Assembly (NCBI GenBank): GCA_965201075.1
Contig: CBDAVP010000002.1
Span: 1 to 64,000, forward strand
Reading direction: 5' to 3'
From: Isosphaeraceae bacterium
GTDB taxonomy: Bacteria > Planctomycetota > Planctomycetia > Isosphaerales > Isosphaeraceae
DNA length: 64,000 bases
Shown here: piece by piece, positions 19,102 to 29,203 of the stretch
Position numbering within the stretch: position 1 is the first letter of the stretch
Layout of the letters: each line of letters opens with the position of its first letter
The notes under the pieces: generated by a model
What the model was told of the DNA's origin: nothing
Seen by the model: only the letters and a program-made list of their open reading frames with translations
The model's database searches: none
Program-made: the position numbers and the translations under genes

Positions 19102-20730
19102 GTGCCCAAGCAACTGCTGTTTTCCGACGCCGCCCGGCGCAAGATGCTGGAAGGGGTCGACGTCCTGGCTCATGCCGTCGGGACAACCCTCGGCCCGACC
19201 GGGCGGAATGTCATCCTGAGCAAGTCGTTCGGCGGCCCGACCGTCACCAAGGACGGAGTGACGGTGTCCAAGGAAATCGAGCTGCCCGACCCCTTCGAGA
19301 ACATGGGGGCCAAGCTCGTCAACGTCGTCGCCAGCAAGACGTCCGACGTCGCCGGCGACGGCACCACCACCGCCACCATCCTCGCCCGCGCCATCTATCG
19401 AGAAGGCTTGCGGATCACGACCCACGGCGCCAACCCAATGGCCGTGCGCCGAGGCATTGAGAAGGCCGTCGAGGCGGCGGTCAACGAGTTGCAGAACTCG
19501 ATCTCCCGGCCGGTCTCGAAGAAGGAAGAAATCGCCCAGGTCGGCACGATCTCGGCCAACAACGACCCGGCCATCGGCAAGCTGCTGGCCGACGCGGTCG
19601 AGAAGGTCGGCCGGGACGGCGTCATCACCGTCGAGGAAGGCAAGGGAAGCGAGACGACCCTGGAATTCGTCGAGGGCATGCAGTTCGACAAGGGCTACCT
19701 CAGCCCCTACTTCGTCACCAGCCCGACGTCGATGGAGGCGATCCTCGACGAGCCGTTGATCCTCTTGCAAGAGAAGAAGATCAGCAACCTGCGGGACCTC
19801 ATCCCGTTGTTGGAGAAGGTCGCCCAGTCGGGTCGGCCCCTGCTGATTATTGCCGAGGACATCGAGGGCGAAGCGCTGGCGACCCTGGTCGTCAATCGTC
19901 TGCGAGGCATCCTCAACGTCGCCGCTGTGAAGGCCCCGGGGTTTGGCGACCGTCGCAAGGCGATGTTGCAGGACATGGCGATCCTGACCGGCGGGACCGT
20001 GGTCAGCGAGGACCTGGGCCTGAAGCTGGAGAACCTCAAGCTCGACCAGCTTGGCAAGGCGAAACAGGTCAAGATCGACAAGGACAGCACGACGATCATC
20101 CAGGGCGCCGGCAAGCCCGAGGAGATCAAGAAGCGGACCGAGCAGCTTCGTCGCCAGGTCGAGGAGACCGAGAGCGAGTACGACAAGGAGAAGTTCCAGG
20201 AGCGCCTGGCGAAAATCTCCGGTGGCGTGGCCCTGATCAACGTCGGGGCGGCGACCGAAGCGGCGATGAAGGAAACCAAGGCCCGCGTCGAGGACGCCCT
20301 TCACGCCACGAGAGCCGCGGCGGCCGAAGGCATCGTCCCCGGCGGCGGCACGGCCTTGCTGCGGGTGGCCCCGGCGGTCCAGAAGGTCCACGACGAGCTG
20401 ACCGGCGACGAGAAGCTCGGCGCCGCGATCGTCCTGCGGGCCCTGGAAGAGCCGGTCCGCCACATCGCGTCGAACTCCGGTCACGACGGGGCCGTCGTCG
20501 CCGAGGAGGTCAAGGCGAGGACCGGCGCGATTGGCTTCAATGCCAACACCGCCGAGTATGTCGACATGTTCCAGGCCGGCATCGTCGACCCGACCAAGGT
20601 CACGCGTTCGGCCCTGCAAAACGCCGCGTCGATCGCCGCCTTGATGCTGACGACCGAGGCAATGATTACCAACCTCAAGGACGACGAGGAAGGCAAGGCC
20701 GCTCCTCGCGTCGAGGGCTCGGTTCGCTAA
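19102..20730 (+). CDS. groEL: Chaperonin GroEL, paralog 2 (no GGM tail)
   Basis: GTG start after [35 protein letters not shown]. Confidence 0.97.
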   Translation: MPKQLLFSDAARRKMLEGVDVLAHAVGTTLGPTGRNVILSKSFGGPTVTKDGVTVSKEIELPDPFENMGAKLVNVVASKTSDVAGDGTTTATILARAIYREGLRITTHGANPMAVRRGIEKAVEAAVNELQNSISRPVSKKEEIAQVGTISANNDPAIGKLLADAVEKVGRDGVITVEEGKGSETTLEFVEGMQFDKGYLSPYFVTSPTSMEAILDEPLILLQEKKISNLRDLIPLLEKVAQSGRPLLIIAEDIEGEALATLVVNRLRGILNVAAVKAPGFGDRRKAMLQDMAILTGGTVVSEDLGLKLENLKLDQLGKAKQVKIDKDSTTIIQGAGKPEEIKKRTEQLRRQVEETESEYDKEKFQERLAKISGGVALINVGAATEAAMKETKARVEDALHATRAAAAEGIVPGGGTALLRVAPAVQKVHDELTGDEKLGAAIVLRALEEPVRHIASNSGHDGAVVAEEVKARTGAIGFNANTAEYVDMFQAGIVDPTKVTRSALQNAASIAALMLTTEAMITNLKDDEEGKAAPRVEGSVR

Positions 20731-20759
20731 GGTTTTTCTGGTAGCATGGACCTTGAGCC

Positions 20760-20805
20760 GACCGACCGGCCCGGACGCTCCCCCGTCCGGGCCGTTGGTC
20801 CTTTT
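20760..20805 (+). terminator. Intrinsic terminator after groEL2
   Basis: GGCCCGGACG-ctcccc-CGTCCGGGCC stem, extended by GACCGA/TTGGTC, followed by CTTTT. Confidence 0.7.
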
Positions 20806-20846
20806 CCCGATCCCGTGTGAACCTCGAATCCTGGAGCATTCCCCCA

Positions 20847-20966
20847 ATGGGCAAGGGCGACAAGAAGACCCGACGCGGCAAGATTTTCAAGAAGTCGTTT
20901 GGCAAGACCCGCCAGAAGAAGGTCACCAAGGCGTATGTCGCCGGCGCGGCCGCTGCTGGTCAATAA
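20847..20966 (+). CDS. thx: 30S ribosomal protein Thx (bTHX/bS31 family), 39 aa; not in the ORF track
   Basis: Translates MGKGDKKTRRGKIFKKSFGKTRQKKVTKAYVAGAAAAGQ; GGAG 10 nt upstream; matches the GKGD-x-x-TRRGKI-x-x-x-(S/T)-(F/Y)-GK-x-R pattern. Confidence 0.88.
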   Translation: MGKGDKKTRRGKIFKKSFGKTRQKKVTKAYVAGAAAAGQ

Positions 20967-21240
20967 TCGCCCAGGAGCACTCGACTTCAGGCCAAACGTC
21001 TCCTGGCGGTCCTGATGGTCCAGGCTCCATGGGGCGGGCGAACGTGTCAAATCCCCGTGGACTCGTTCCTCGAAGGAATGAGCGGCCGCTCGAAAGTGGG
21101 GATGGAGTCGTGGGACCTGGGATGCCCTCTCATGGGCTTCGGGAGGCTTGGATGGGTCGGCGCGCCCGGGGCTCGACCGGCTATAATTTCCGGGGCCTCG
21201 GGGACGCCGTGGAACCATCCTCGATCGAGATACCGTGCCG

Positions 21241-22392
21241 ATGGCGACGAAGCGCGATTATTATGAAGTCCTGAACCTCAAGCGGGACGCCAGTGGCGAC
21301 GAGATCAAGAAGGCTTATCGCTCCCTGGCGATGAAATATCACCCGGACAAGAATCCGGGGGACGCCGAGGCCGAGTCCCGCTTCAAGGAAGCCGCCGAGG
21401 CGTATGAGGTCCTTTCCGACCAGGGTCGTCGCCAGCGTTATGACCGCTATGGCCACGCCGGTCTCGACGGCGCGGGGGTTCATGACTTCCGCAACGCCGA
21501 TGACATCATGTCGGCCTTCAGCGACATCTTCGGCGGCGGCCTGTTCGGCGACGTTTTTGGCGGCAACCGGCGTCGAGGACCCCGGCAGGGGATGGACCTA
21601 CGGGTCAATCTGGAGATCGAGCTTGGCGAGGCGGCCCGAGGCGCCACCAAGACGATCCAGTTGAACCGCCAGGAGCCCTGCGAGACCTGCAAGGGGACCG
21701 GCGCCCGCAAGGGGACCACGCCCGTCACCTGCGACTATTGCCGGGGTCAGGGCCAGGTTTTCCAGTCTCGCGGCTTCTTCCAACTGGCCACCACCTGCCC
21801 GGCCTGCGGCGGCGAGGGGAAGCGCGTCAACGACCCCTGTCCCGACTGCCGGGGCGCTGGGAAGATCGCAACCCCCGTGTCCCTCAACGTCGACATTCCC
21901 CCGGGCGTTGATAGTGGCATGACCTTGCAACTGCGCAACCAGGGAGAGGCGGGCGATCCCGGTGCTCCTCGGGGCAACCTGCGGATTCAACTGCTGGTCA
22001 AGAAGCACCCGTTCTTTGAGCGTCGAGGCAACGACCTGATCTGCCACCTGCCGATCCACTATCCCCAGGCGGCACTGGGGGCCGACATCGAGGTGCCGAC
22101 CCTCGACGGAACCGACCACCTGACGGTCCCCCGCGGCACGCAGTCGGGCGAGATTCTCAGAATCCGCGGACACGGGATGCCGGACCTCAATGGCCGATCC
22201 CGCGGGGATATTCTGGTCCAGGTCAACGTCGAAACCCCTCGCAAGATTTCGGCCCGTCACGAGGAATTGCTCCGGGAACTGGCCGAGATCGAGGAGCAGG
22301 ACGTCAGCCCCCGGCGCAAGAGTTTCTTCGAGAAGCTCCGCGACTATTTCACCGAGGAAGTCGAGCCCGCCGACCCCCAAGGCACCTCTTGA
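21241..22392 (+). CDS. dnaJ: Chaperone DnaJ
   Basis: J domain with HPD, G/F region, four CxxCxGxG repeats. Confidence 0.97.
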   Translation: MATKRDYYEVLNLKRDASGDEIKKAYRSLAMKYHPDKNPGDAEAESRFKEAAEAYEVLSDQGRRQRYDRYGHAGLDGAGVHDFRNADDIMSAFSDIFGGGLFGDVFGGNRRRGPRQGMDLRVNLEIELGEAARGATKTIQLNRQEPCETCKGTGARKGTTPVTCDYCRGQGQVFQSRGFFQLATTCPACGGEGKRVNDPCPDCRGAGKIATPVSLNVDIPPGVDSGMTLQLRNQGEAGDPGAPRGNLRIQLLVKKHPFFERRGNDLICHLPIHYPQAALGADIEVPTLDGTDHLTVPRGTQSGEILRIRGHGMPDLNGRSRGDILVQVNVETPRKISARHEELLRELAEIEEQDVSPRRKSFFEKLRDYFTEEVEPADPQGTS

Positions 22393-22429
22393 CTCCGCCC
22401 CGGACCCCTTCGCATCGAGGTCTTGAGCC

Positions 22430-22948
22430 ATGAGCGAACCGACCACCACCCCATCCGCCGAGACCGACGACCTCGTCAATGAAGCCCCCGTCGGAGGCCT
22501 CTCGGAGGCGATCCGCCAGCGAGACGACTACCTCGACCAGCTTCGGCGGTCCCAGGCCGAACTGATCAACTTCCGCAAGCGGATGCAGGCCCAGGCCGAC
22601 GCCGACAAGCAGTATGCCGTCGTCGGGATCGCCCGCGACCTGCTGGCCGTCCTCGACAACTTCGACCGCGCTTTGGATTCGGCCCGAGGCGCCGGCACCC
22701 CGGACATCGTGAAGGGCCTGGGACTGGTCCACCGGCAGTTTCTGGAGGCCTTGGCCAAGCACGGGGTCGAGCCGATCGCCGCCGTAGGCCAGCCGTTCGA
22801 CCCCAACCACCACGAGGCGCTGTTGCAGCAGCCCTCGGCCGAGCATCCCGAGGGAACGGTCGTCGCCGAATTCGGCCGCGGCTATCGACTGGGCGACCGC
22901 GTCCTTCGCCCGTCCAAGGTGTCCGTCTCCGTCCGGCCCCAAGACTGA
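22430..22948 (+). CDS. grpE: Nucleotide exchange factor GrpE
   Basis: AELINFRKR, LDNFDRAL, FDPNHHEA, GYRLGDRVLRPSKV. Confidence 0.95.
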   Translation: MSEPTTTPSAETDDLVNEAPVGGLSEAIRQRDDYLDQLRRSQAELINFRKRMQAQADADKQYAVVGIARDLLAVLDNFDRALDSARGAGTPDIVKGLGLVHRQFLEALAKHGVEPIAAVGQPFDPNHHEALLQQPSAEHPEGTVVAEFGRGYRLGDRVLRPSKVSVSVRPQD

Positions 22949-22983
22949 CCGAACCGAACCGAACCGAACCGGTCCGAACCGAC
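22949..22983 (+). repeat. Pentanucleotide tandem repeat (CCGAA)n
   Basis: CCGAA x4, CCGGT, CCGAA, CCGAC between grpE and the FmdB gene. Confidence 0.85.
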
Positions 22984-22995
22984 GAGCCCCACTCC

Positions 22996-23319
22996 ATGCC
23001 CACCTACGACTACATTTGCGACGCCTGCGGCCACGAGTTCGAGGCGTTCGAGTCGATCAAGGCCGACTCCCAGACGGTCTGCCCCAAGTGCCAGGAGCCG
23101 AAGCTCCGGCGCAAGATCGGCGCGGGGGCCGCCATCCTGTTCAAGGGGTCGGGGTTCTACCAGACCGATTACCGCAGCGACTCGTACAAGGCTTCGGCCA
23201 AGGCGGACAAGACTTCGAGCGAGGCGGCCTCCAAGCCCGCTGAGTCATCTCCGGCCAAGTCCAGCGAACCGTCCAAGCCGTCGTCGACCGGGGGCGGGGG
23301 AGGCGGCGGCACCTCATGA
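22996..23319 (+). CDS. FmdB-family zinc-ribbon protein
   Basis: MPTYDYxCxxCGHxFE...CPKC...FKGSGFYQTDY. Confidence 0.92.
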   Translation: MPTYDYICDACGHEFEAFESIKADSQTVCPKCQEPKLRRKIGAGAAILFKGSGFYQTDYRSDSYKASAKADKTSSEAASKPAESSPAKSSEPSKPSSTGGGGGGGTS

Positions 23320-23501
23320 TTCGCGGCAAGTGCCCAACTTGCGGGCGCCCCTTCGAGGTCGCCACGCTCGACGAACTGCCCACGTTCCCCTTTTGCTCGG
23401 ACCGTTGCCGGCTTGTGGACCTGGGTCGGTGGATCGACGGGACCAACGCGATCCCCGGCCCCGAGCCCAAGGTGGACGAGGAGGCCGAGGACGCGGAGTG
23501 A
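23316..23501 (+). CDS. yacG: DNA gyrase inhibitor YacG
   Basis: CPTC...PFCSDRCRLVDLGRW. Confidence 0.92.
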   Translation: MIRGKCPTCGRPFEVATLDELPTFPFCSDRCRLVDLGRWIDGTNAIPGPEPKVDEEAEDAE

Positions 23502-23513
23502 GACGTTCCCCGC

Positions 23514-24704
23514 TCAGCCGAGTCGCCGGTCGGCCCGTTCGATCAGGTCCACGACCGGCAGGCCGTGGGGGCACGCGGCCTGGGCGGCGGCCAGGTCGGC
23601 GTCGGCCAGATTCCGCGAGATCGGCGGCAAAGCCTGGTACAGTTGCCGGGCCTGCTCACGCTTGCCGTAGGTTTCATAGTAGCGGAGGTAGCGGAGCACG
23701 GTTGCCACGGGGACGCCCTTCGCGGCGGTCTCGCAAAGGTGTCCGCAGCCGTGGCAGTAAAGGTGAGCGGTGGACTGACGGTGCTCCTCCAGCAGTCGCG
23801 CCTCCTTCGGCGTGACGGGTTCCCGGGAGGCGGCGACGTTCTCCGCCAGGTCGGATCGGGTGGTCATCTCACTGACGACGACGTGCATTCGGTCGTCCAT
23901 CCAGACCGTCTTGATCGCGGCGACTTCTTTCTTGAACCCCTTCTCCTGAAGCTTCGCCATCTTGTCGGGGAAATTCTCGGCTCCCCCCTGCGTCTTCATC
24001 GCAACGAGGCCAAGGTCCGCCTTGGCCGCGGCGTCGACCGAGCGTTGGAGGGCGTCATGGTCGACCGAGCGGAAGTTGTATTTGAACATCACCTGGTCGA
24101 TCCAGCCGACCTCCGCCGCCAGCGCGAGAATCTCGGGCAGGTTGGCCGCGTGACAGCTCAGGCCGGCGAATCGTGTTTTGCCCGACTTCTTGAGAGCCTC
24201 GAACGCAGCGCGGACGCTCGGCTCTCGGAGCAATTCGATCTGGGTTCCTTCCAGGCCGTGCAGGTAGTAGCAGTCAACATAGTCGGTCTTGAGGCGTTCG
24301 AGGCTCTTGTCCAGGTGGGCGGCGAAGACCTTGGCCGCCCCTGGGCCCTTGGCCTTCTCGTAAGCCTTGTTCTTGGTGACGAGGTAGACGTCCTTGCGCA
24401 GTCCAGTCCGATCGAGGACTTCGCCGATGACGGTCTCGGCGACGGTGTTCTCGTAGGTCTCGGAGGTGTCGATGTAGCGGACGCCGCGAAACAGCGCCGC
24501 CTGGACGAAGCTGGGGGAAAGGGCCCAACTGGTCCCCATGCCAAGCTTGGTCACGGCTTGGCCGGTCTTGCCGAGTTTGATTTTCGGCACGCCGCCATCG
24601 GGCGGGACCGGGGGAGCCGCGCCCGAGAGGGCCAGGGCCGCGCCTCCCGCGGCGGTGGTGGCCAGGAATTGTCGACGGCTGCCGCCCGAGCACGTTCCGC
24701 TCAT
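23514..24704 (-). CDS. Tat-exported aldo/keto reductase with C-terminal Fe-S-type Cys cluster
   Basis: SRRQFL twin-arginine signal, LGKTG, IDTSETY, SLERLKTDYVD, CHGCGHLC...ACP. Confidence 0.88.
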   Translation of the reverse strand: MSGTCSGGSRRQFLATTAAGGAALALSGAAPPVPPDGGVPKIKLGKTGQAVTKLGMGTSWALSPSFVQAALFRGVRYIDTSETYENTVAETVIGEVLDRTGLRKDVYLVTKNKAYEKAKGPGAAKVFAAHLDKSLERLKTDYVDCYYLHGLEGTQIELLREPSVRAAFEALKKSGKTRFAGLSCHAANLPEILALAAEVGWIDQVMFKYNFRSVDHDALQRSVDAAAKADLGLVAMKTQGGAENFPDKMAKLQEKGFKKEVAAIKTVWMDDRMHVVVSEMTTRSDLAENVAASREPVTPKEARLLEEHRQSTAHLYCHGCGHLCETAAKGVPVATVLRYLRYYETYGKREQARQLYQALPPISRNLADADLAAAQAACPHGLPVVDLIERADRRLG

Positions 24705-24833
24705 CGTGTCGCCCTCGCGGCCCCTTGGCGACCTCCGACCGGTTGAGGGACTTCGGAGTGTCGAGGGCGGCCAACCGCGGATTGTCGCCGCGAGGAGGGG
24801 CAGGGGTCAACCATCGACGGATCGGGAAACGCC

Positions 24834-24868
24834 GAAGGCCGGCCCCTCTCGTGGAGGAGCCGGCCTTC
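24834..24868 (-). terminator. Hairpin terminator after the TolC gene
   Basis: GAAGGCCGGC...GCCGGCCTTC inverted repeat, then GGCGTTT on the minus strand. Confidence 0.6.
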
Positions 24869-24894
24869 AGGGATCGTGCGTTTTCCCGCCCGGA

Positions 24895-27102
24895 TCAGGG
24901 CAAGGGCGGAAGATCGCCGGCCGAGTCGGTCGAGGCTGGCTGAACGCCAGGCTCGGCCATCGGGGGCATGGGGCTCGCCTCCGAGAGAACGTTGGGCTGG
25001 CCGGCGGGCCGAAGCGGCGGGGCGGGGGTCGGCGGCGGGCCAAGCGGGCCGATCGGGGCCGGCAGGGGCGGCAGCGGGTCGGGCGGCCCAAGGTTCGGCG
25101 AGGGCATCGACGGCACCGGATCAGGCACGGCTGGTCCCGAACCCTGGGTTGGGTGGTACGGGCCGTCCATGCCGAAGGGGAACTGCCGATGGCCCGCCTG
25201 CTGGTCGCGGGCCTGAACATACGCCTTGGGCGGGTGCGGACCCTCGGCCAGGGCCACGTTGTCGTAGGCGAGCAACGTTCCCTTGGCCTCCTCCAACGCG
25301 ATGATCGAGGTGTTGTAGCTGGTCTTGTACTGCGCCTCCAGGGCGACGGAGTTCGACCAGTTCCGCAGGGCGTCGAGGTAACGGTCGATGGTGATCGTGC
25401 CGTTCTCGTAGAACGCCTGCTGGGCTTCCAGTCGCGTCTGGGCGGCGTCGCGGAGACGGCCGGCGGTCTTGAACTGCTTGTAGTTGGCGTCGACTTCCAG
25501 GAAGAAACGGGCCAGGGAGTGGGTCGTCTGGTGGACGACCTGCTGAAGGAAGGCTCTCTGGCGGAGAAGCTGGTACTGGGCCTGGCGGTTGTTGGCCAGG
25601 GCGTTGCGGAAGCCCAGGGGCATGATGAACGTCAGGCCGACCTGGTAACTCTGGAAGTTCTTGAATTGCTGAGGCGCGGTGTTCACCCCCGCGGTTCGCT
25701 GCAAGGCCTGGGTCAGCGGGTTGATGGCGGTGATGTTCGCCCCGGTTCCCACCGACTCGGCGTTGTCCAGGGTGTGGCCGAAGCCATTGAACTGGTACAG
25801 GGCGTCCATGTTCAACTGCGGCAGGAGCTGGTTGCGGACGGCCAGCAGTTGCAGTTCGGCCACGCGGACCAGCAACTGGTTGCGAACGATGTCGGGCTGG
25901 AACGAGATCATCTGGGCGAGGCTGACGTCCCAGTTCGGCTCCAGGCGGGCCTCGGTTGGAGCGGTCACGGGGATGATCCGGCGGTTGTCGGCCGGCTTCA
26001 GGCCCAGAATGTTGCGCAACTGTCGCTCGGTGGTGATGACGTCGGCGGTCGCCGTGACCAGTTCCAGCTTGAACCGTTCCAACTGCTCCCGGGCCTCGGC
26101 GACGTTGGGGACCGAGCCGCTACCGACCTCGAACCGGGCCTGTTCGCGGCGAAGGATTTCCTCGCCGAGCTCGACGGCCACTTCCTTGCTCCAGAGCTGA
26201 ATATGCTGCTGAGCCAGGGCCCAGTATTGCTGCTCGATGGAGCGAACCATCGCCATGACCTCGGCCTTGAACTGCCAGACCGTGGAGTCGGCCGTCAGCC
26301 GGGCGATCAGGATCGGGGCCCGGTTCGCCTCCAGGCCGCTGGGGGTCTGGGCCGTGCCGCCAAGCAGCGGCTGGGTGAACCGCAACTGGGTGTTGGTCGT
26401 GTAGGCCGAGGGGAAGACGTTGGCCGGGCTGTTCGAGTAGGCGAAGTTGACGTTGTGCGTGACATAGGCCGTACCGCCGGTGGCCACCGTCTTCTGGATG
26501 CCGGTGGAAAAGGCGTCGGTCTCCTGGGCCAGGATGACCGGGAACCTCGCGGCGGTAGGGTTGAACGTACCGGCCTGAATGGCGTTGTTGAACGGCGACT
26601 CGCTCCGGCCCCAGAGCATGCTGGTGGTGAACTGGGCGTCGAAGCGGGACAGGGCCGTGTGGATCTGGGTCTCCTGAATGGCTGGGTCATAGACCGAGCT
26701 CAGGGTCCCCTGCCCGAGTGCCCCGCTGGGGCCAGTGTTCAGGGGGGTCGGCTCGAACCCGCCGATCGGGATGCCCTGGGCACCCAGGGAGATCACGCGG
26801 ATGACCTCGCCGTTGTCGATCCCGACGCGGATCGCCTCTTGCAAGGTCATCGGCCAGACGTTGGCGGCCTCGGGGTTCTGCGGAGTGCGGGGTGGGTCGA
26901 CCCGGGGCAGCGCCGCGGCGGGAGAGTCGAGGAAGGCGGCCTGCTTGACCGCCGAATCCTCCTCGGCGATGTTCGCCAGTGGCTCGTGCGGGACGGCCTT
27001 GGTTTGGTCAATGTAGGGGAGCCGCTGACAACCGGTGGAGGCAACCCAAAGCAGGGCCGCGCACCCCCAGGCCAGTCTGGTCCCGAGATGGATCAATCGC
27101 AT
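24895..27102 (-). CDS. TolC-family outer membrane lipoprotein
   Basis: Lipobox STGC, MTLQEAI, TQPLLGG, YWAL, NQLLPQL, coiled-coil OEP repeats, Pro-rich C-terminus. Confidence 0.85.
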   Translation of the reverse strand: MRLIHLGTRLAWGCAALLWVASTGCQRLPYIDQTKAVPHEPLANIAEEDSAVKQAAFLDSPAAALPRVDPPRTPQNPEAANVWPMTLQEAIRVGIDNGEVIRVISLGAQGIPIGGFEPTPLNTGPSGALGQGTLSSVYDPAIQETQIHTALSRFDAQFTTSMLWGRSESPFNNAIQAGTFNPTAARFPVILAQETDAFSTGIQKTVATGGTAYVTHNVNFAYSNSPANVFPSAYTTNTQLRFTQPLLGGTAQTPSGLEANRAPILIARLTADSTVWQFKAEVMAMVRSIEQQYWALAQQHIQLWSKEVAVELGEEILRREQARFEVGSGSVPNVAEAREQLERFKLELVTATADVITTERQLRNILGLKPADNRRIIPVTAPTEARLEPNWDVSLAQMISFQPDIVRNQLLVRVAELQLLAVRNQLLPQLNMDALYQFNGFGHTLDNAESVGTGANITAINPLTQALQRTAGVNTAPQQFKNFQSYQVGLTFIMPLGFRNALANNRQAQYQLLRQRAFLQQVVHQTTHSLARFFLEVDANYKQFKTAGRLRDAAQTRLEAQQAFYENGTITIDRYLDALRNWSNSVALEAQYKTSYNTSIIALEEAKGTLLAYDNVALAEGPHPPKAYVQARDQQAGHRQFPFGMDGPYHPTQGSGPAVPDPVPSMPSPNLGPPDPLPPLPAPIGPLGPPPTPAPPLRPAGQPNVLSEASPMPPMAEPGVQPASTDSAGDLPPLP

Positions 27103-27524
27103 GGCCAAACCGTCCTTGCTTAGAGCCATGTGACGAAGCGAACCGAGCCACTGCGGCAGGACCCGATGGCCCTCGGTCGTCCCTCGTCCCCGTCGCCCCG
27201 GCGGATTCGCGGGTTCGCATCGTGCGTCCCCGATAACCCGACGCCCCCGGACGACACTCCGCCCACCATCCCAGCCTCGAAAGAAGCCGGTCGAGGCGCG
27301 ACCCCTCACATTCAAGGTGGAAGATCCACCCGGATCGGGACCGCGATTCAACCTGTCGAGAAGGATCGGTCGTGAGGGGCGTGCGTCTTGAGGTGACTTT
27401 GCGGATTCTACGGGTTCGGCCGTCTCAGGGGTAGATCAATGGGACTTGCGTCTCGAGTAGCGCGCGGAGACGGCCGGTTTCCCCGATTCAAGGGGACACC
27501 CAGATCACGCCTATTCCCGTGCGG

Positions 27525-27854
27525 TCAGCCGAGACTTTCGCCGCCAATCCGCCGACCCGGCAGCGCCAGGCCCCAGGGACGCCGGGCCCATTGTCGTTTG
27601 AGATAGGCCATCTCGCCCGACTCGGTTCCATCCCACATGTGGCCCAGGAACTGAAGCTGATAGCCGCCGCAGAACGCGACCAGGGCCAACAGGAACACCG
27701 GCATGGATGGGAGAACCAGGTAGACCGGGATCAGGACGATCCCCAGCACGGTGGGAGGGATGCCGAGGAGGTGCAGAAGGAAACTGCCCGCGTGTCGATG
27801 GCGATCGAGCCAGTTGCCAACGACGGGGCTGGAGGGATGGGGAGGGCAGATCAT
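27525..27854 (-). CDS. DUF962/Mpo1-like small membrane protein
   Basis: RHRH...LHLLGIP...GYQLQFLGH...G. Confidence 0.75.
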   Translation of the reverse strand: MICPPHPSSPVVGNWLDRHRHAGSFLLHLLGIPPTVLGIVLIPVYLVLPSMPVFLLALVAFCGGYQLQFLGHMWDGTESGEMAYLKRQWARRPWGLALPGRRIGGESLG

Positions 27855-28053
27855 CGGGGTCGTCTCATGATCCTCGCCGCCCGCTTGACGATTGCCGGGG
27901 CGAGGGGTACGGTGGGCGGCCAGATAAACCACGATAGCTGACCCGTCCTCGCGACGCAACTCGTTTCCCTCGACCGCGTCGAAACGAATCGCCCGGCTCG
28001 ACTTTTCGGCCGCCCGTCCCGCCCCGTCCCGCCCATTTGAGAGCAAGCCCCTC

Positions 28054-29139
28054 ATGGCCCACCAAGTGACGTTGATCCCCGGCGATGGCGTTGGCCCCGA
28101 ACTGGCCCAGGTCACGAGGGAATGCCTCGACGCCACCGGTGTGAAGTTTGAATGGGACGTGCAGGAGGCTGGCGTCGACGTCATGGCCCGGCTGGGAACG
28201 CCCGTGCCCGACGCGGTGCTGGAGTCCTGCAAGCGAACCGGCGTCGCGCTGAAGGCCCCGATCACCACGCCGGTCGGCACCGGGTTTCGCAGCGTGAACG
28301 TGTATCTGCGCCAGGCGTTGGACCTCTACGCCTGCGTTCGGCCCTGCAAGCAGTACCCCGGGGTCCGCAGCTTCTTCGAGAAGACCAAGGTGGACCTTGT
28401 CCTGGTCCGCGAGAATACCGAGGACCTGTACCTGGGCTGCGAGTTCGAGCAGGGCAAACCCGAGACGGCCGAGTTGATCGGTGACATCAAGAAGCTGAAC
28501 GGCAAGGCGATCCGTCCCGACTCGGGCATCTCGATCAAGCCGATCTCGATCACCGGCAGCCGCCGGATCGTCGAGTACGCCTTTGAGTATGCCCGCAAGC
28601 ATGGCCGGAAGAAGGTGACGGCGGTTCACAAGGCCAACATCCTGAAGTATTCCGACGGGCTGTTCCTGGAGGTCGCTCGCGAGGTGGCCAAGGGGTACAC
28701 CGACATCGAGTTCGAGGACCGCATCGTCGATAACATGTGCATGCAGCTTGTGCAGAAGCCCGAGCTTTACGACGTGCTGGTGCTGCCCAACCTTTACGGC
28801 GACATCGTCTCGGACCTCGGCGCCGGACTGGTTGGGGGCCTGGGAGTCGCGCCCGGCGCCAACATTGGCGACAAGGGGGCGGTCTTCGAAGCGACCCACG
28901 GGTCAGCCCCGAAGTACAAGGGGCAGTGGAAGATGAACCCCACCGCCCTGATCCTTTCCGGTGTCCTGATGCTGGAACACCTGGGCGAGGCCGAGGCTGC
29001 CACCCGACTCGAAACGGCCGTGGCGAAGGTGATCAAGGAGGGGAAGGACGTTACCTACGACATGAAACCCCACCGAGACGACCCCACGGCCGTCGGTACC
29101 CGAGAGATGGGCCAGGCGATCATCCGGGCGATGGGCTGA
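28054..29139 (+). CDS. icd: Isocitrate dehydrogenase (isocitrate/isopropylmalate dehydrogenase family)
   Basis: [49 protein letters not shown]. Confidence 0.9.
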   Translation: MAHQVTLIPGDGVGPELAQVTRECLDATGVKFEWDVQEAGVDVMARLGTPVPDAVLESCKRTGVALKAPITTPVGTGFRSVNVYLRQALDLYACVRPCKQYPGVRSFFEKTKVDLVLVRENTEDLYLGCEFEQGKPETAELIGDIKKLNGKAIRPDSGISIKPISITGSRRIVEYAFEYARKHGRKKVTAVHKANILKYSDGLFLEVAREVAKGYTDIEFEDRIVDNMCMQLVQKPELYDVLVLPNLYGDIVSDLGAGLVGGLGVAPGANIGDKGAVFEATHGSAPKYKGQWKMNPTALILSGVLMLEHLGEAEAATRLETAVAKVIKEGKDVTYDMKPHRDDPTAVGTREMGQAIIRAMG

Positions 29140-29203
29140 GGGTTCCGAACGGAACACGTCCCTCGACCGTTCCCAACCTCGCCAGGGAAGGCGGAGCCCA
29201 GCG

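Noticed and set aside
18586..20847. 753-aa minus-strand ORF
   Set aside because: Antisense shadow of groES-groEL2 caused by codon bias
20753..21274. 173-aa and 83-aa + strand ORFs between groEL2 and dnaJ
   Set aside because: No recognisable motifs; the longer one starts in the terminator region and overlaps the better-supported thx ORF in another frame
22949..22983. Possible CRISPR-like repeat
   Set aside because: 5-nt tandem units with no spacers and no cas genes
24538..27123. 861-aa + strand ORF
   Set aside because: Antisense to the TolC gene
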